Shown here: piece after piece, positions 50,609-64,000 of the stretch | How the letters are laid out: every line of letters starts with the position of its first letter | Numbering within the stretch: position 1 is the stretch's first letter | NCBI GenBank assembly: GCA_965235115.1 | Contig: OZ249436.1 | Location: 12,588,001-12,652,000 of the forward strand | DNA length: 64,000 bases | Direction: 5' to 3' | Source of the DNA: Laetmonice hystrix | Taxonomy: Eukaryota | Position numbers and translations under genes: made by a program | Notes under the pieces: model-generated | What the model was told of the DNA's origin: nothing | Seen by the model: only the letters and a program-made list of their open reading frames with translations | Databases searched by the model: none

Positions 50609-52729
50609 TTGTATTAAAGTTTCATTCATTTAAGCTCATGAACAGTTGAAGCCATTATCTTAACACAGTTCAAGGGGTGCTACGGGAATGTTCCGTTATA
50701 AGAAGTGATAAGCTTTTCAGATAAATGCCAGTCATAGAGGTGACAGAGTGTCAAACCAGATGTGTGGGGACATGTAAACGTGGTTGCTATTGAGAGGGTA
50801 TAGTGTAGTGCAGTAATATGATATGGTCTCATGTCGTGAACCAGAAAGGCTGAACTTCCAAAAATTGAGGGAAACGTGTCTGGTACACAAGACCTTTAGA
50901 CAAGGTAGAAGGTGGTTGAGGACAGCAAGACTATTCAGTGAAGATATTAGTGATGCTAGTTCAGAATAACAGTATTTATATTCATTACTCTGATGGCATA
51001 CCCTGATTGGAACAGCATCACTCCACCAATCCGAGCCAGAAATCAGTAACCAGACATGAGTAGATTATTGGCCTGACTTAATTGTGCTATGTGACTTCTG
51101 TTTCAAAAAAATGGGAAAACTAGAAGGGGCACCTGTGCTGGTCAGCAATAGACCTTTACAGGAAAGCTTGAAAGAGCAAGTTTGATTGCTTTTATTCTTA
51201 GAAATACACGTATTTGTCCTTGAAATGCACAATTAAAGTTAGCTAGTAGGCATTTAGCAAATTGTTAGTCAAGTGCCATCCGGAACCAAATGGAAAAGAT
51301 TGATTTAAATTGGAGGTCCTTGAAGCTGGATAATTTTCTCAAGTTCAAACAGTTTGTGTATTAAACCTCAAGGCCTACTGGGGTGTCCTAAAATCTGATT
51401 ACATAACGGCAGAACAGCAGTAAAGGAGTTGGGTTGTCTCCAGTGCAAGGCACAGGTAGATACACTCACCACTGTTAACAAAGAGAATCCTTAATTGTAC
51501 AAATCAGTGAGAAGTTAGAAAGTCGCAGTGCATGGGGCCTACTTCATAGGCGTTTGTTATCAAAATTCATACATTATGCTGTACATAACACAATTATGAT
51601 GTTTGTTTGAAATACTTGATTTACTGTATCCAAAACTGTGATATGTATATAATCTGTTACTAAGATACTAGTTTGGATGGATATAAGAATTTTTAACATT
51701 GCACCATTGCCATAGAAATGCGCCCTCACAAGGATTTGAAAAAGCTTTGATATTTCATCAGCATCGTTTTCTAGACAAGGAGCTACTGGAGGGCTTTTGA
51801 AAAAGTAATTGCGGTTAGTTTCTAAATATGTATGGAGCATGAACAACCAAGAATGCATTGATTTTTTGGCTCATGCTTTTTCACACCAACAGATTTATGC
51901 TAATTGTATATTATGAATAAGAATACAAAAAGAATAGAATTTTGCCCTTTATTTCAAACCTTCGAATTATTATACAATTCCTGTGTTGCTTTCGTTTATA
52001 TTACCAACTTTGATAAAGGTGTGTAAATATAGCACAAGTATCATTTGATAGTGGGCTGGAAAAGTATGGATTTTGCTGACTAGTACCAACGTAGTATGAA
52101 GATGGTCCAATTTTTAGTTCATATAATATGCAAGTCATTTTCTTTCAATTTCTTCCAATGATTTAGTTACAACATGGTTTGTCATACTTGAATTGCTGTA
52201 ATGGTGCATTTTTTATGGAAAGTTTGAGAGTGGCAAAGTTTTCACTACATCAGTGTCAGCAACAGTTGGTACATGACATTTGTGTAATAAAATGTAAATA
52301 AATGATTCCATAACAATATATTGACACATATATATTTATCCTGGGCAGCCTTGTTAGTCATTCATGGGACCATTTCAGTTCCAAACCAAAGCAAACATCT
52401 CATTTATACATATACCGGTAACTTGAGGTCTGTCCACACTGTCATCTACTTAGGCAGTCCTCAACAAACTTTACTAGAACCTGAAAAAATACATTGTTTT
52501 GATCACATCCCGGACTTGATTACTGTCATCAGCTATCCGAAAAAAATATGATAGGAGAAATATACCTTACCCTGTTTACAAGTAATGCCAAATGACTTTA
52601 TACTTAAAAATATAGTATTCTCTTTGGTTCTCAAGGCAGTGTTTAAAAAACACTTTCCAAAGATATGTTAGTATACATCAATAAAGATTGCGACACTGGG
52701 CTTTTGTTCTTCAGAATGAGCACGTACTT

Positions 52730-53053
52730 CAGGGTGACCACACAAATTTCATTTTCAAATTCCCTGTGTTCTCCCTGCCCTGCAATAAAATTTTTCTTGT
52801 GATCTGATATGGCTGCTAATCAGGGTTTTTGCCAAATATGGCAGTCAGGCAGCCATCTTGAATCAGATTGCCATCATTTAATCCAACAACCAGATGTCCT
52901 TGAGTATTCACCTATTTTTTTTCTGTCCACATTTTTTCCCAATGTTTTGGAGATTTTTACAAATTCCCTGTGTTTTCCCTGCAGGGAATTTTTTTTTTTT
53001 TGGGGGGGGGGGGGGGGGCGATTTTTCCAGTTCCCTGTGCTGTAGTCACCCTG
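52730..53053. mobile_element. MITE with apparent 5 bp TSD downstream of the DMGDH stop
   Basis: tactt|CAGGGTGACCAC...GTAGTCACCCTG|tactt; internal ttccctgtg sub-repeats. Confidence 0.75.
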
Positions 53054-53261
53054 TACTTAACCATCACAAATGTCACTTCGTACTGTTGCACTCAAGCATA
53101 TACCAGTAGTAATTTGATCATACATTAATACAAATTTTTGAATATGCATAAACAATACCTGTACTTTGTACTTTGAATGTTCTCTTACAAATTTTACTGC
53201 AGATCACTCCACATGCCATTCCTCCTGCATTTACACATTTGACAAATTTTTCTCCACAAAA

Positions 53262-56200
53262 TCACGATGCTTTGGCAGCCTTTCGGGCTCTGACAGACTC
53301 AATCAACAGTGGAGCATCCTTGTACACAACTGCAGGTCGCTGTTCACCGAGCAACTCGACATTTACTATGGTGCCTGGTTGACTTAACTCTGTTGGAACA
53401 TATGCAAACGCAATGCTTTGTTGTACATTGTATCCATAGGCACCAGATGTTGTCATGCCGACCACCTGAAAAAATTAAATAAGAGCAAACAAATATGATT
53501 TAATTAAAGAGAGATCAAAACATCAGTAACTTAAGCTATAATAAAGCAACTCCTAAAACACATAAATATATTATCAATCAAGAAGATGGGGTACATTAAT
53601 GAAACTAGTGATAAAAATCCCTTGGTGTTCATGTTCAATTCATGTATGCTAGTGGAACACTAAGCAAACACACCTTGTCCTCATGCCATATGGACTCATT
53701 CCCCTCTGGGTCAACATCAGTAGTATCTACTGTCAGGAAGACCAACTTGCGCTTCAAACCTTCAGCTTTAATTTGTTGAAGTGCTGCTTTGCCAATAAAA
53801 TCTGCGTCCTGATGGATAAAGTGAAAAAATATAATGTAACAATAGAATTCAGAGGTTTACTTGAGGTTACTGTATTGATTTTATTGGTTACCTATGGCAA
53901 ATTATTATATTTCAAAACATGTTTGAATGAAGTATTAATGAGGGGGATAACATCCAGTACTTTCAAGAGCAACATAAAATATAAACTATTGTTGGTCATG
54001 TTATTCAAAACATAGATGTATCCCAAAGTCTTCAGTCAAACCATAACATTTGGGTTCCAAATTCTGAGGTGTTTCTGTTTTGATTACTTTTAATTAAATT
54101 ATTGTTTTCTGTTATTGTACATACCTTCTTCATCTTGACAAAGAATCCCAGTCCAGCTTCCAGTGGGTTTTGGTCTGTGGTCATCTGCAATGTCGAAGTC
54201 ATTCAAGACCTCAAGGCCTTTGCAGTAGACTAGATGTCTTTAAACTATACATGTGTACTTAATTATGATGGCTAAGCTAGATTGTCTGCATGTTCCTTAC
54301 AGTTAATACATGTTGTAGTAATATTGTATCTTATCAGCACCACATAACACTACCTTACCTCAGCTCCCCACATCCTGAAACCTTTTTCAAGTCGCATTGT
54401 ATTCAGGGCATAAGTTCCAAAGTCTCCAACGTCGTACTCTTTTCCAGCCTCCAGAAGTGCATTATAAACTGGGGCCATATCTTTCAAGTCCATGTAAAGT
54501 TCCCATCCTAGCTCACCTGAGAGGAATAACAAGCACAAACATCTCACTCAGAAACAGTTTTTGTATCCACATGTGAAATATTCAAAATAACATGATTAGT
54601 TCCCCATTACTTCTACCAGTTTCAAACACAAGAATCATTAATTTTCGTAAATAAAAAATAAACAATGGTACTTGGGTAAGTACAGATTTTAAAGAAATTT
54701 CCATCTACCAGCAACTAGTCTCATAAAGCAACCGGCATTTTTGAGTTTTAGTCTTTACTACCTGTGTACGATATCCTGAAGGCCTTGACTGGTACCCCTG
54801 CTACTGTACAGTCCTGAGCCGTTAAGAATTGGAATGCCTCGTTGGAGACATCATTTGTCACCAACTTTGCCATGATGTCCCGAGACCGTGGTCCTGCCAA
54901 TCCCAACACACCATAGTCTTCTGTAACTGTGCGACATTTGACGTCAAAGTTTCCTAACCAGGCCATCTCTTCCATCCATCTATAAGATAATCACACCGAA
55001 AGGTCATCATAAACATTGGCTGTACCAGTGATAGAGGAAATAACAGGACTAAGGTCATCATAAACATTGGCTGTACCAGTGATAGAGGAAATAACAGGAC
55101 TAAGGTCATCATAAACATTGGCTGTACCAGTGATAGAGGAAATAACAGGACTAAGGTCATCATAAACATTGGCTGTACCAGTGAAGGTCATCATAAACAT
55201 TGGCTGTACCAGTGAAGGTCATCATAAACATTGGCTGTACCAGTGATAGAGGAAATAACAGGACTAAGGTCATCATAAACATTGGCTGTACCAGTGATAG
55301 AGGAAATAACAGGACTAAGGTCATCATAAACATTGGCTGTACCAGTGATAGAGGAAATAACAGGACTAAGGTCATCATAAACATTGGCTGTACCAGTGAA
55401 GGTCATCATAAACATTGGCTGTACCAGTGATAGAGGAAATAACAGGACTATAAATTAGGGGTTTATGTTTTCGAAGGGTGACCAATGCTTGGTATGTTCC
55501 TCAATCCTGGGTCGCAACCAAAATGAGAGGCACAATGTGTTTTTTGTGGGTTACAAAAGGTAAACCAAAACTTAATGTGTCAACTGCCCCTTCCCTGACT
55601 TTAAAAGGTCAACTGATCCTCTCCTAACTTTAAAGCTGGTTTGCAAAAGATCAGCTTGATGTGTAAAACAAACATTACTCTCCAGCAGCAGGAGGGAGTT
55701 GGTACATGTCAACACCACTTTGGTTGAACCAAATTATAAAACCATGCTAGACGAAAGTAACTACCTGTACATACATGTCTTGTGATTAGACCCTTATGCA
55801 GGCTCCACTATCACACTTGCCTGAGGTCATGGAATTCGTTGCTGGATCCAGTGATGCAGAAGAAAGTGTTTGGACTTGTCTGGGTAACGGTGAGCTCTGC
55901 ATAGACCCTGCCACTGGGTGTTAGCATATGGCTGATATTCATGTGATTTACCTGGATGGCACAGCAGTAGAAATGAAAGGATGCTACCAGATTAACAAAT
56001 TCAAGTTATAGGAAATGTAGAATAACACAAATGAACATCTGTCGAATCTGATTTTGTAGTTCCTATACAAATAGGTTTTTTTAAATATTTAATCGTGACA
56101 CGTTTATCTGCTAAATCTTGCTCAAGATAAATACAACTTGTCTTATCTGCTATGTAGAAGTGTAGCTGAGTGCAGAGATCAACTAAAAACTACATGGTTG

Positions 56201-59200
56201 ACTAGTCACCTTGGGTACTGCATTGGCACATATGTAATCAATGAACTTGGAAGCATCTGGACCGGTGACCTCCAACTTGCCAAACGGTGTCAGGTCTATG
56301 ATTCCTGCCCTGGTCATCACCATGTCACACTCCCTCCTGACTGGCTCAAACCAGTTGGTGCGATGATAGCTGGGCTTGTATCCCGCATCATCACCAGGTA
56401 ACGCAAACCAGTTGGGCTGCTCCCAGCCTGAAACAAAACAATCATCTCTCCTGGATAACTCTTGCAGGCATTGTATCCTGCTGATGTGTAGCCTACTGCT
56501 CTGAGATTAGTTCCCGAAAAATGCATACTATACAACTGAGTGAAACTATAGCTCAGAGTAACCATTTAAAGATTAAATCCAATCGATCTGCTTCTCTTCT
56601 TAATGCCTTGAGTCTTCCTCTCAGATGAGTAGGCAGCCATGCACAGAAGAAACAGGAATACCTCAAGGCAACCATTCCACTTACCTGCATGGAATCCCAT
56701 TTCAGCCCCTTGATCCAGTAGGGTCTGATAGATGCTGTTTATGCGCTTTGTGGGTCGGCCTGCTGTTCGTTCCTCTTTCGGGTACCCAATCATATTGTTG
56801 AGCCCATAAGACTCACGGCACTTGGCAAATGTGTAAGTTTGATTTGTCCATGAAGCATAACGATTGGGGTCACATTCTAGCAAGTCATATGGTGGTTCAC
56901 CATTTAAGATCCAGTCAGTAAGATACTTTCCAACACCTCCCGCATGAACAATGCCATACCTGCAATCATATTAATTACCGGTAAATTAGACGAGAACAAA
57001 CCAGTATTAATACAGTCTTTATTTATCCGAACAGCTTGGTGCCTATTAAATGTGTTCGGATTTTGAAACATATGGATTACTGAATCATTTTAAATAGAAA
57101 ATGGCAGAAGAGGTTAACAGAAAGTATGTATGGATGGTGAGGTATATGGATTAAAGAAGCACGGATTAACGATGTCTGACTGGACCTGTACAGTAGACTT
57201 CCCATATAACGGCCTTGCATATACCAGACAATCGCCTATAACATACTGAAACTGGAAGTCCTGGTCCCGTCTAACGTTAATTCCAATTATATGCATATAA
57301 CAGACTTCACATATAACAGACAAAACCTCTGGTCCCAATTAGTACGTTAAATACGAAGTCTACTGTATATAAAAATAAACAACTTTGATACCACAAGTTG
57401 CAGGTCGAAATGCCAATGAAATGTACAATAAACATACGCCATCCCTACAGCTGCCCAGTAATTCCTCAAGCCTTGACATGGGCCGACCATGGGTAGGACA
57501 TCGGGCGTGTAGGTGATGGGTCCTGAGACTGTCTGAACTATCTCTGCATTCTGCAGTACAGGAAACATCCTCATAGCAGCCTCAATATTCCACTGAATCC
57601 GTTCAAGGTCAGGCTGATACAATTCCTTACCAAATCCTGTAAACCAAAAGAGGAACAATGTCAAGTTGTAGTATCTAAACCTTTTCACATATCTCTGGTT
57701 CTTTCCTGTGAGATAGAAATGCACTAATACGAGGTTCAGTACCCTGGTACCAATATATTACACAAATGTTTAGTAGGTACTGATTGATTGCAAATTTCTG
57801 TAATTAACAGCATCTGTGCTAACGCTGTATTCTGCATAAGTTATGGCTGTCTTTCTTACCAGGTGGTGGCCCTTCAGTGTACCAGTCCTCGACAAGTCTC
57901 ATTTTGTCAATGGCTTCGTATGGCCCAAAGAGCAGGCCTTGTCGCTCCATGCGCAGATAGTATGAGCCGTCCAGGTCACGGATGACAGGAATTTCTGGGC
58001 TAAGGGCCTCTACTTCAGGAATGGTTTTGGTCACCATGTATTGATGATCCACCGGGACCAGAGGCAGGTCTAGGCCTGCCATCTTACCCACCTCACGTCC
58101 CCAAAAACCTACAGAAATAAAAAGTCACAGAATAGTACTGGAAATTATTGTATTGTATTATAAACCTTACTTAAATGGCCATTATACTATTTTCATATTA
58201 ACAATTTAAGTGTATTTCAAATCTCAGTCTTACAATCAAGTAAATAAAAACTGCAGTTTTATTGCCCCATTACCTGCTGCATTGATTACTCGTTTGGCTT
58301 TTACTCCCCCTCGAGGGGTATCAATATCCCAACCACCATCAGCTGTCTGGCGCATAGCAGAAACAGGTGCTCCCTGTTGGATTGTCGCACCATACTTGCG
58401 CGCTCCAGCAGCAAATGCCATTGTCAGGGAGTAGGGGTCAATGTGCCCATCATCAGGTGTTAAAAGACCACCTAAAATCTAAAAGAAGGAAAAATTGCCA
58501 ATGTTAAAGGAGACCTCAATGACAATCAATAGCTTTTTACTTAATCTCTTGTCTACATTAAAGGGAGGGACAACACCCACGGCAAATAAGATTTTGTAGA
58601 CCAAATGAAACACCAGCATTTACCTTAGGGCAATAAATGCCACAATTACGTTGTCTGAATGAAGTAATTAACGTGTAACCGCCCGATATGTGATGCCGCT
58701 GGTTCTTATCTTAACCTGCTTGTGTGTTCATCAGAGCCGAATGCTGCACACCACGGAATATTGCTAACATTACGTGTTACTCTGCTCACAGACCTTGTCT
58801 ACACGATGTTTGGAGTCCCAACGTTTGTAAACATCCCAGGTGATGAACACACAAGCAGGAACCAGCGGCATCACACATCAGTCGTTTACACGTTAATTAC
58901 TTCATTCAGACAACGTAATTGTGGCATTTATTGCCCCAAGGTAAATGCTGGTGTTTCACTTGGTCTACGAAACCTTATTTGCCATGTGGGTTTTCCCTCC
59001 CTGTAAGAGTGAAACAACCAGTTACCTTTTAAAATATAGCCCCCTAAACTAAGCTTTATCTTGGTCTTAAATTTTGTAACTTAGTTCCAATGATGTAAAA
59101 GAGAAATTCAGCAAAGGCAGGCTCTTGTCATTCAACAGAATCAATAAATAATATATGGTACCAGGTCTTTATTGACGATCGGACAATGCTCCAAAACTTC

Positions 59201-62200
59201 ATCAGGAGAGACAAGCCACTGCCGTGCTTTGTTCCATCCCTGTCGTTGCATCTGATATTTGAATTCTTTCATCCTTTCGTCTGTAGACGCCAGACGAAGG
59301 CTGCCACATAAATGAAGACCAACCTCCTGTTTGAAACAAAAAAATGGTATTTATTCTGAATGGCCAGGGATTGGTGGTTTTCCATTGAAAATTGACATCG
59401 AGTTGGCCTACCGGGGTACATGGAATAATTCTTCGTGAATCGGCATAAGTCTGTGCTGTGAAAGACAAGTGAGTCACTCCACCAAACCATCATACAACTC
59501 CGTTAAATGGTAAGCAATTCATTCTTAGCCATACTCTCTTATACCTTGATCATTTTACTGAGGGAAGCCCCCCTCCCCTTGTTATGCACAAAACCTTCCA
59601 GTATTTAGAAGATTTGATATGCCGATCTTCTGATCCATAAGCATAATATATTAGGAAGATGGAAATGGTTGAGGGGTTCCATCAAGAGGAGGAGTAACAA
59701 TGTTGAGGGTTGGGTTAAACTTTAACCGTTAAAGCATTTGAGAGTTTTCTTGTGAGCCTCTATCCCCACCTGTCCAGTCTCCTCCTCCAGCTCCTGGTAC
59801 AACCTCAGACTGTAGTCGTGGATGTTCTTCACATTGATCCCTGGATGGAACGTAGTTGTGAGGCCTGCCTGCCAGCATAATTCGCAGAAAACACATTAGA
59901 AAAAATACCTATTTTAGATTACCCCTCTACTGGCTTTTCTGAATACAATATGTAAACTTTTTTTTAGATGAATACAATATGTATACATGTAAAGTTAATT
60001 TAATAGACAATTATATGGCATATATGGTATATAGAAATATTTAATAAAATAAATATTTTCTAGATGTGGGAGAGCCAACACTACCCTGCCAACATGACCA
60101 TTGAAAAAAACACATTACTAAAAGAAATAAATATCCGGTCTCCATTGTGAATTCTAGTGTAGAAATTAACAATGTCTTCTGCAAACCATTTACATTTATA
60201 GTCTTTCATTTGAAATGCCAATGTTACTGAAAATGACTTACAGCATGCCAGGTAGACCCAGCAGTCAACTCTGATTTTTCGAGGAGGACTACTCCTTCCT
60301 GTCCAGCCTTAGCCAGGTGATATGCAAGGCTGGCTCCAACCACGCCCCCGCCAATGATAATCGTCTCTGCCTGATCTTTCCATGCTTTCCCGACTGATCT
60401 ACAAAAATGCAAACAACTTTTATTTTTACAGTTGGATGAAATGTATTGAATGTTCAAAAAATATTATGGCTAGTAACAAGAAAGCCTAAGGCAGGATAAC
60501 ACAGGGGTTTAGACAATTTTTAGAAGAATTGAACTGACAAGAGCAAAATACATGTAGACAAATGTGATATTCATCTGATGGCCTTATGAAATTTTGTGGC
60601 AAAGCTCTTTGACTGACACTTCTAGATGACTGTGTGGAGTTCAATCAATCCTTTTTATCCTTGGTTCCTAGGCTAAAACCTTGTAGAATTCTTAGACTTT
60701 TCAATGACAATTCCACATCTTTATCATCTTTTGTCAGGACCTGTTTGGCGCGAAATGGCACATTCAATGCCACGGGAAAGGTTAACGGCTTTAATTCGAC
60801 CTGCCTCAAAGACGTACACTACATGTGTATATACCGGTAATAGCTAGCATAGCTTCAACATTGGAGGGGGACTAATTTTGTGCACTTGGACCCCCCATCC
60901 TTAAGCCAGACACTATAACCTTTTATTTCTAGGCTTATCTGAATATGTTTTGTATTTAGAAGAGTCTGGACTTTTCTTTGCCTCAGAGATGTCAGCCATA
61001 AATTGCTGAACTTTTCCATGATTGATGAAAGTGTCCACATATATACAAGTTTATGTGTAACTTAAAAACTATTGTGTCGTACATAAATAATAATGCTGTC
61101 AACATCTTGAAAGCATAGTTTAGACTCGCTCCATCATCTTCTGGTTTGCCCTATTGTGACAAATATTCCAACCTAATCACAAGATTATTAGCGGAACCTT
61201 TCAATAGTTGGCATACTCGCTGCTAGCTGTGCTCTTCAAGAAATCATTCTAGAATTTATAATACATGGTATCTCACGTTCATCACCTCCCCTGGGTAGCT
61301 GTAATCTGTTGAGATTAAAATAGAACTCTTGACACAGCACAGTTCTTTTTTCTTTTCCTTTTTTTAATTGACATCTTATCATCCCCAAAGAATACACCGT
61401 AGCTCTTCTTCACAAATTGTTCACTGCATGAAATTAACTGAAAAGATACAAGGGTTATATAAGTTATAGAAGAAGCATCCAAATAACAAAAACGATTCTC
61501 ATATCTAGGTGCGAACACCATGTCGTGCTTTTTTTTTATTAATTACCCTATATTTTCAATCAAGGTACATTTTGGGGTCATTTTGTTTGATAATTAATGT
61601 GGCCAGAAATGGGTCTTTTCTGGCTTCTGGGAGGGTGAGCCAACCGTTTATTCTACCCAAGGTTGTACTTCAGGAGTGGATCCAGGGTTTTGGTAAGGGG
61701 GAAGGGGGGAGGGGGGAGGGGGGAGGGTTTAAGGGTTAGAATTTGATCGGGGGGGGGCAGGGGTGTTATCATGGTCAATTCACAAAGTTCTATGGAGTAG
61801 GGGGGGTTAACCCAACCCCCCACCCCGGTCCGCCACTGGGCTTGTATTAGGGGCGTTTTTATAGTGGGCAGTAGAACTGGGCCCGTTTTTTTTGTTTACC
61901 TTTCCACTATGAGCAAGGGTGAGCTGAGCTGAGCAAGGGCGAGCTCATGCTCACCGTTTTGCTCACTGTTTTCGTTTTTTGGGGTGTTTTTCCGCGAGCT
62001 TGCTCACCATGAGCACGCCTGATGGAAAAAAGCAACCCCAAAAAACACGACAACGGTGAGAACGAGCTCATGCTCACCCTTGCTCAGCTCAGCTCACCCT
62101 TGCTCACGGTGGAAAAGTAAACAAAAAAACCGGGCCCTGGTCCTGCAGCAGGGCGAGGGTTCAGCACTGGCTGAAACCCAATAGCATGCGGCTGCTGACT

Positions 62201-63280
62201 GTGCAGAGGGTACTGAATAAATGCAGCGTGGCCCTGCCCCCTACTGATTACCATCTGACAGATGCTACAGTACGTGCTGCAAGTAACAAAGGCCTGAAAG
62301 GGATAGGCTACCGAGAATTTGGGCCAGAACCTATATCCACTACAACTGGTGAGTCTTGTTTCTCTTTCATGCATTGGTATCATGATCAGCTGTTGCTTCA
62401 CATCTCGATTGTGGTACTCTATAGTATAGGCCTAGGCTAGAGTAGAGAGCTGGCTTTGTGACGCCTAACGTTTGGCCTAGTGAGTTAGGCTAACGATGCC
62501 GAGATTAATGTATGGCGCAAATTTACGGCCTGAATGTTCATTGTCTACTGAGCAAGCACTGCAGTGCAGTCTCCATCATCACCCAAGCAAAAGCGTATAA
62601 CCTATTGGCATTGCCCTAGCCTAGGCCTATAGCTGGGTATTACTGTGCTGGTAATGGTATATAGCCACGCCTTCTTTTTCTCCAGTCTCACGAACGTGGT
62701 CATTCAAATACATTTGCTACATTATTGTCCTGACTGAGTCTGAGACAACCTGGATCATGGATGGGCAGACCATCGACCTGTAGTTTAGATAGCATAGCCT
62801 ATCGGGCATAGCGTAGAGTACTAGGATTTTAGTACTGGTAGTATACTATGACTAGCACTTTATTCAAGACATATATTTCATAACTGAGCAAATTAAACTT
62901 TAAAGGGCCTACCTAATGGAGATATATTCTAGCCTAGGACTAGGTCTAACCGTTAGGCCTACACTAGACATAAATTTTAATTGCAAGTGCTATAAATATA
63001 GTAACCCTCCTAGTTCTAACCTAGCCGAGGTCCGAGTCTGAAATGCAGCTAAGCACCTATAGCTATATAGGCCCCTATGGACATGATGGACTTAGCACGC
63101 GTGTCCATCTGATAGTGATACGTACGGTTTCTGGTCCGTGGCATCGGCCAGCTTCACGGCTGACGTCCCGAGACAACGCCGCTGAGCGCCGAGCGCGGTT
63201 CCACGCACCTGCTGACTCGTCGCACACCATATTAATTTGCCCCTGGAAGACGTACCCGCAAACATTCGCCAGAACACCAT
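53262..63280 (-). CDS. DMGDH: Dimethylglycine dehydrogenase, mitochondrial precursor (about 875 aa, 15 exons)
   Basis: Exons in transcript order: 63280-63126, 60398-60242, 59868-59770, 59326-59162, 58478-58274, 58108-57860, 57636-57438, 56959-56685, 56427-56210, 55951-55821, 54979-54762, 54516-54359, 54184-54125, 53808-53674, 53465-53262; phase-compatible, 2628 nt. Motifs: IIGGGVVG (FAD), AGSTWHAAGL (covalent FAD His), [52 protein letters not shown] (GcvT domain). Exon 1 looks like a mitochondrial transit peptide and is the least certain exon. Confidence 0.95.
55000..55450. repeat. Intronic 51 bp minisatellite with 31 bp short units
   Basis: aaggtcatcataaacattggctgtaccagtg(atagaggaaataacaggact) x about 10, essentially identical units. 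Confidence 0.97.
57191..57365. mobile_element. Tc1/mariner-pogo-type MITE with TA flanks in a DMGDH intron
   Basis: ta|CAGTAGACTTC...GAAGTCTACTG|ta. Confidence 0.75.
58562..59002. mobile_element. Kolobok-like MITE in a DMGDH intron
   Basis: ttaa|AGGGAGGG...CCCTCCCT|gtaa; long imperfect TIRs (aataaatgccacaattacgttgtctgaatgaagtaattaacgtgtaa and its reverse complement). TTAA target and purine-purine start fit Kolobok. Confidence 0.8.
61671..61837. mobile_element. G-rich hAT-like MITE; a related end starts at ~63865 and runs out of the window
   Basis: CAGGAGTGGATCCAGG...CCGGTCCGCCACTG; related CAGGGGCGGATCTAGG at 63865. No clear 8 bp TSD. Confidence 0.55.
61880..62136. mobile_element. Palindromic Harbinger-like MITE with CTG TSD in DMGDH intron 1
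   Basis: ctg|GGCCCGTTTTTTTGTTTACCTTTCCAC...GTGGAAAAGTAAACAAAAAAACCGGGCC|ctg; internal tgagc repeats mirrored. Confidence 0.85.
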
Positions 63281-64000
63281 ATTGGCAGTCTAGGCTAGAG
63301 TCTTAAGGGACGAGGCTCACGGTAACGACAGTCACACAAGTGACAAGAGATTGATATGCCCCGACTACGCAACTCAAACTGACATGTCAATATCATACAT
63401 AGGGCACTGCGAACTGGGTCAACGTGCCCTAGTTCCCCAGAAAGTTGACCTTTAGCTTTGACCCCTGCGCGGGCAGGCCACGCCCCACGCTGACCCCAGC
63501 TCACGTTCACAGAGGGCTTGCCCCCCACCTTTAGTAAACGCCTGGCTGTAGGCCTACACGTACACAATGCAGTATAAACATGTAACGGGATGAGGGACTT
63601 TTAGTTTTTACGACGGCAAGTATAGAACGAGATGCCTGGTGCATTAAATACGGCACCGAAACCGAAGGTGTCGTGGCGGATAACAAGGATTTTGAGAAAA
63701 AGAAAGCCTAGGCCAGCCGGGGCGCTCGGGAGGGGGGGGGGTAAGGCTGTCTATGCATACAATATATATGTTATAGGCCTAGACCATACTGTAGATATAG
63801 GCCTAGTATTTGCGGGGGGGGGCAGTGTGGGTGTGTATGGGGGGGGGGGGCAGGACTTACGTGGCAGGGGCGGATCTAGGGTCTATATTCAGGGGGGTCC
63901 GAGGGGGATCCAGCATAAAAAGGGCAAATCGAGGGGGGGGTCCGTTGTAAAACCAAAAGGCATTTTGGTTATAAAAAATTAAATTTGGCAAATTTGAGGG

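Noticed and set aside
54954..55430. Periodic ORFs in the DMGDH intron
   Set aside because: Artefact of a 51 bp (multiple of 3) minisatellite.
53262..63280. Sarcosine dehydrogenase or PDPR as alternative identity
   Set aside because: AGSTWHAAGL, FHPGIN and [10 protein letters not shown] fit DMGDH better; reciprocal BLAST would confirm.

Overview
Eukaryotic (metazoan, probably invertebrate bilaterian) genomic DNA; no prokaryotic genes or CRISPR. About 60% of the window is a macrosatellite of 865-869 bp monomers (1-27506, open at the left edge, and 35596-46849). The two blocks have different higher-order repeats (about 5.2 kb 6-mer on the left, 3391 bp 4-mer on the right). An 8.1 kb composite insert (27507-35595) separates them. 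It contains two collinear copies of a 38-44 bp minisatellite whose units resemble the CTCF motif, a long inverted-repeat element, and a TGT...ACA element holding nested MITEs. Right of the satellite lie two convergent intron-containing genes: CIAO2A/FAM96A (+, 5 coding exons) and DMGDH (-, 15 exons, one GC-AG intron), with several MITEs and a minisatellite in introns. Most interesting: (i) CTCF-like tandem arrays inside the satellite; (ii) recurrent TA->TA-GGCC(C)-TA micro-insertions, demonstrable against sister copies; (iii) internal satellite breakpoints clustering in one 100 bp GC-rich hairpin island. The ORFs repeated across the satellite are judged spurious. All alignment was by eye; family assignments need database confirmation.
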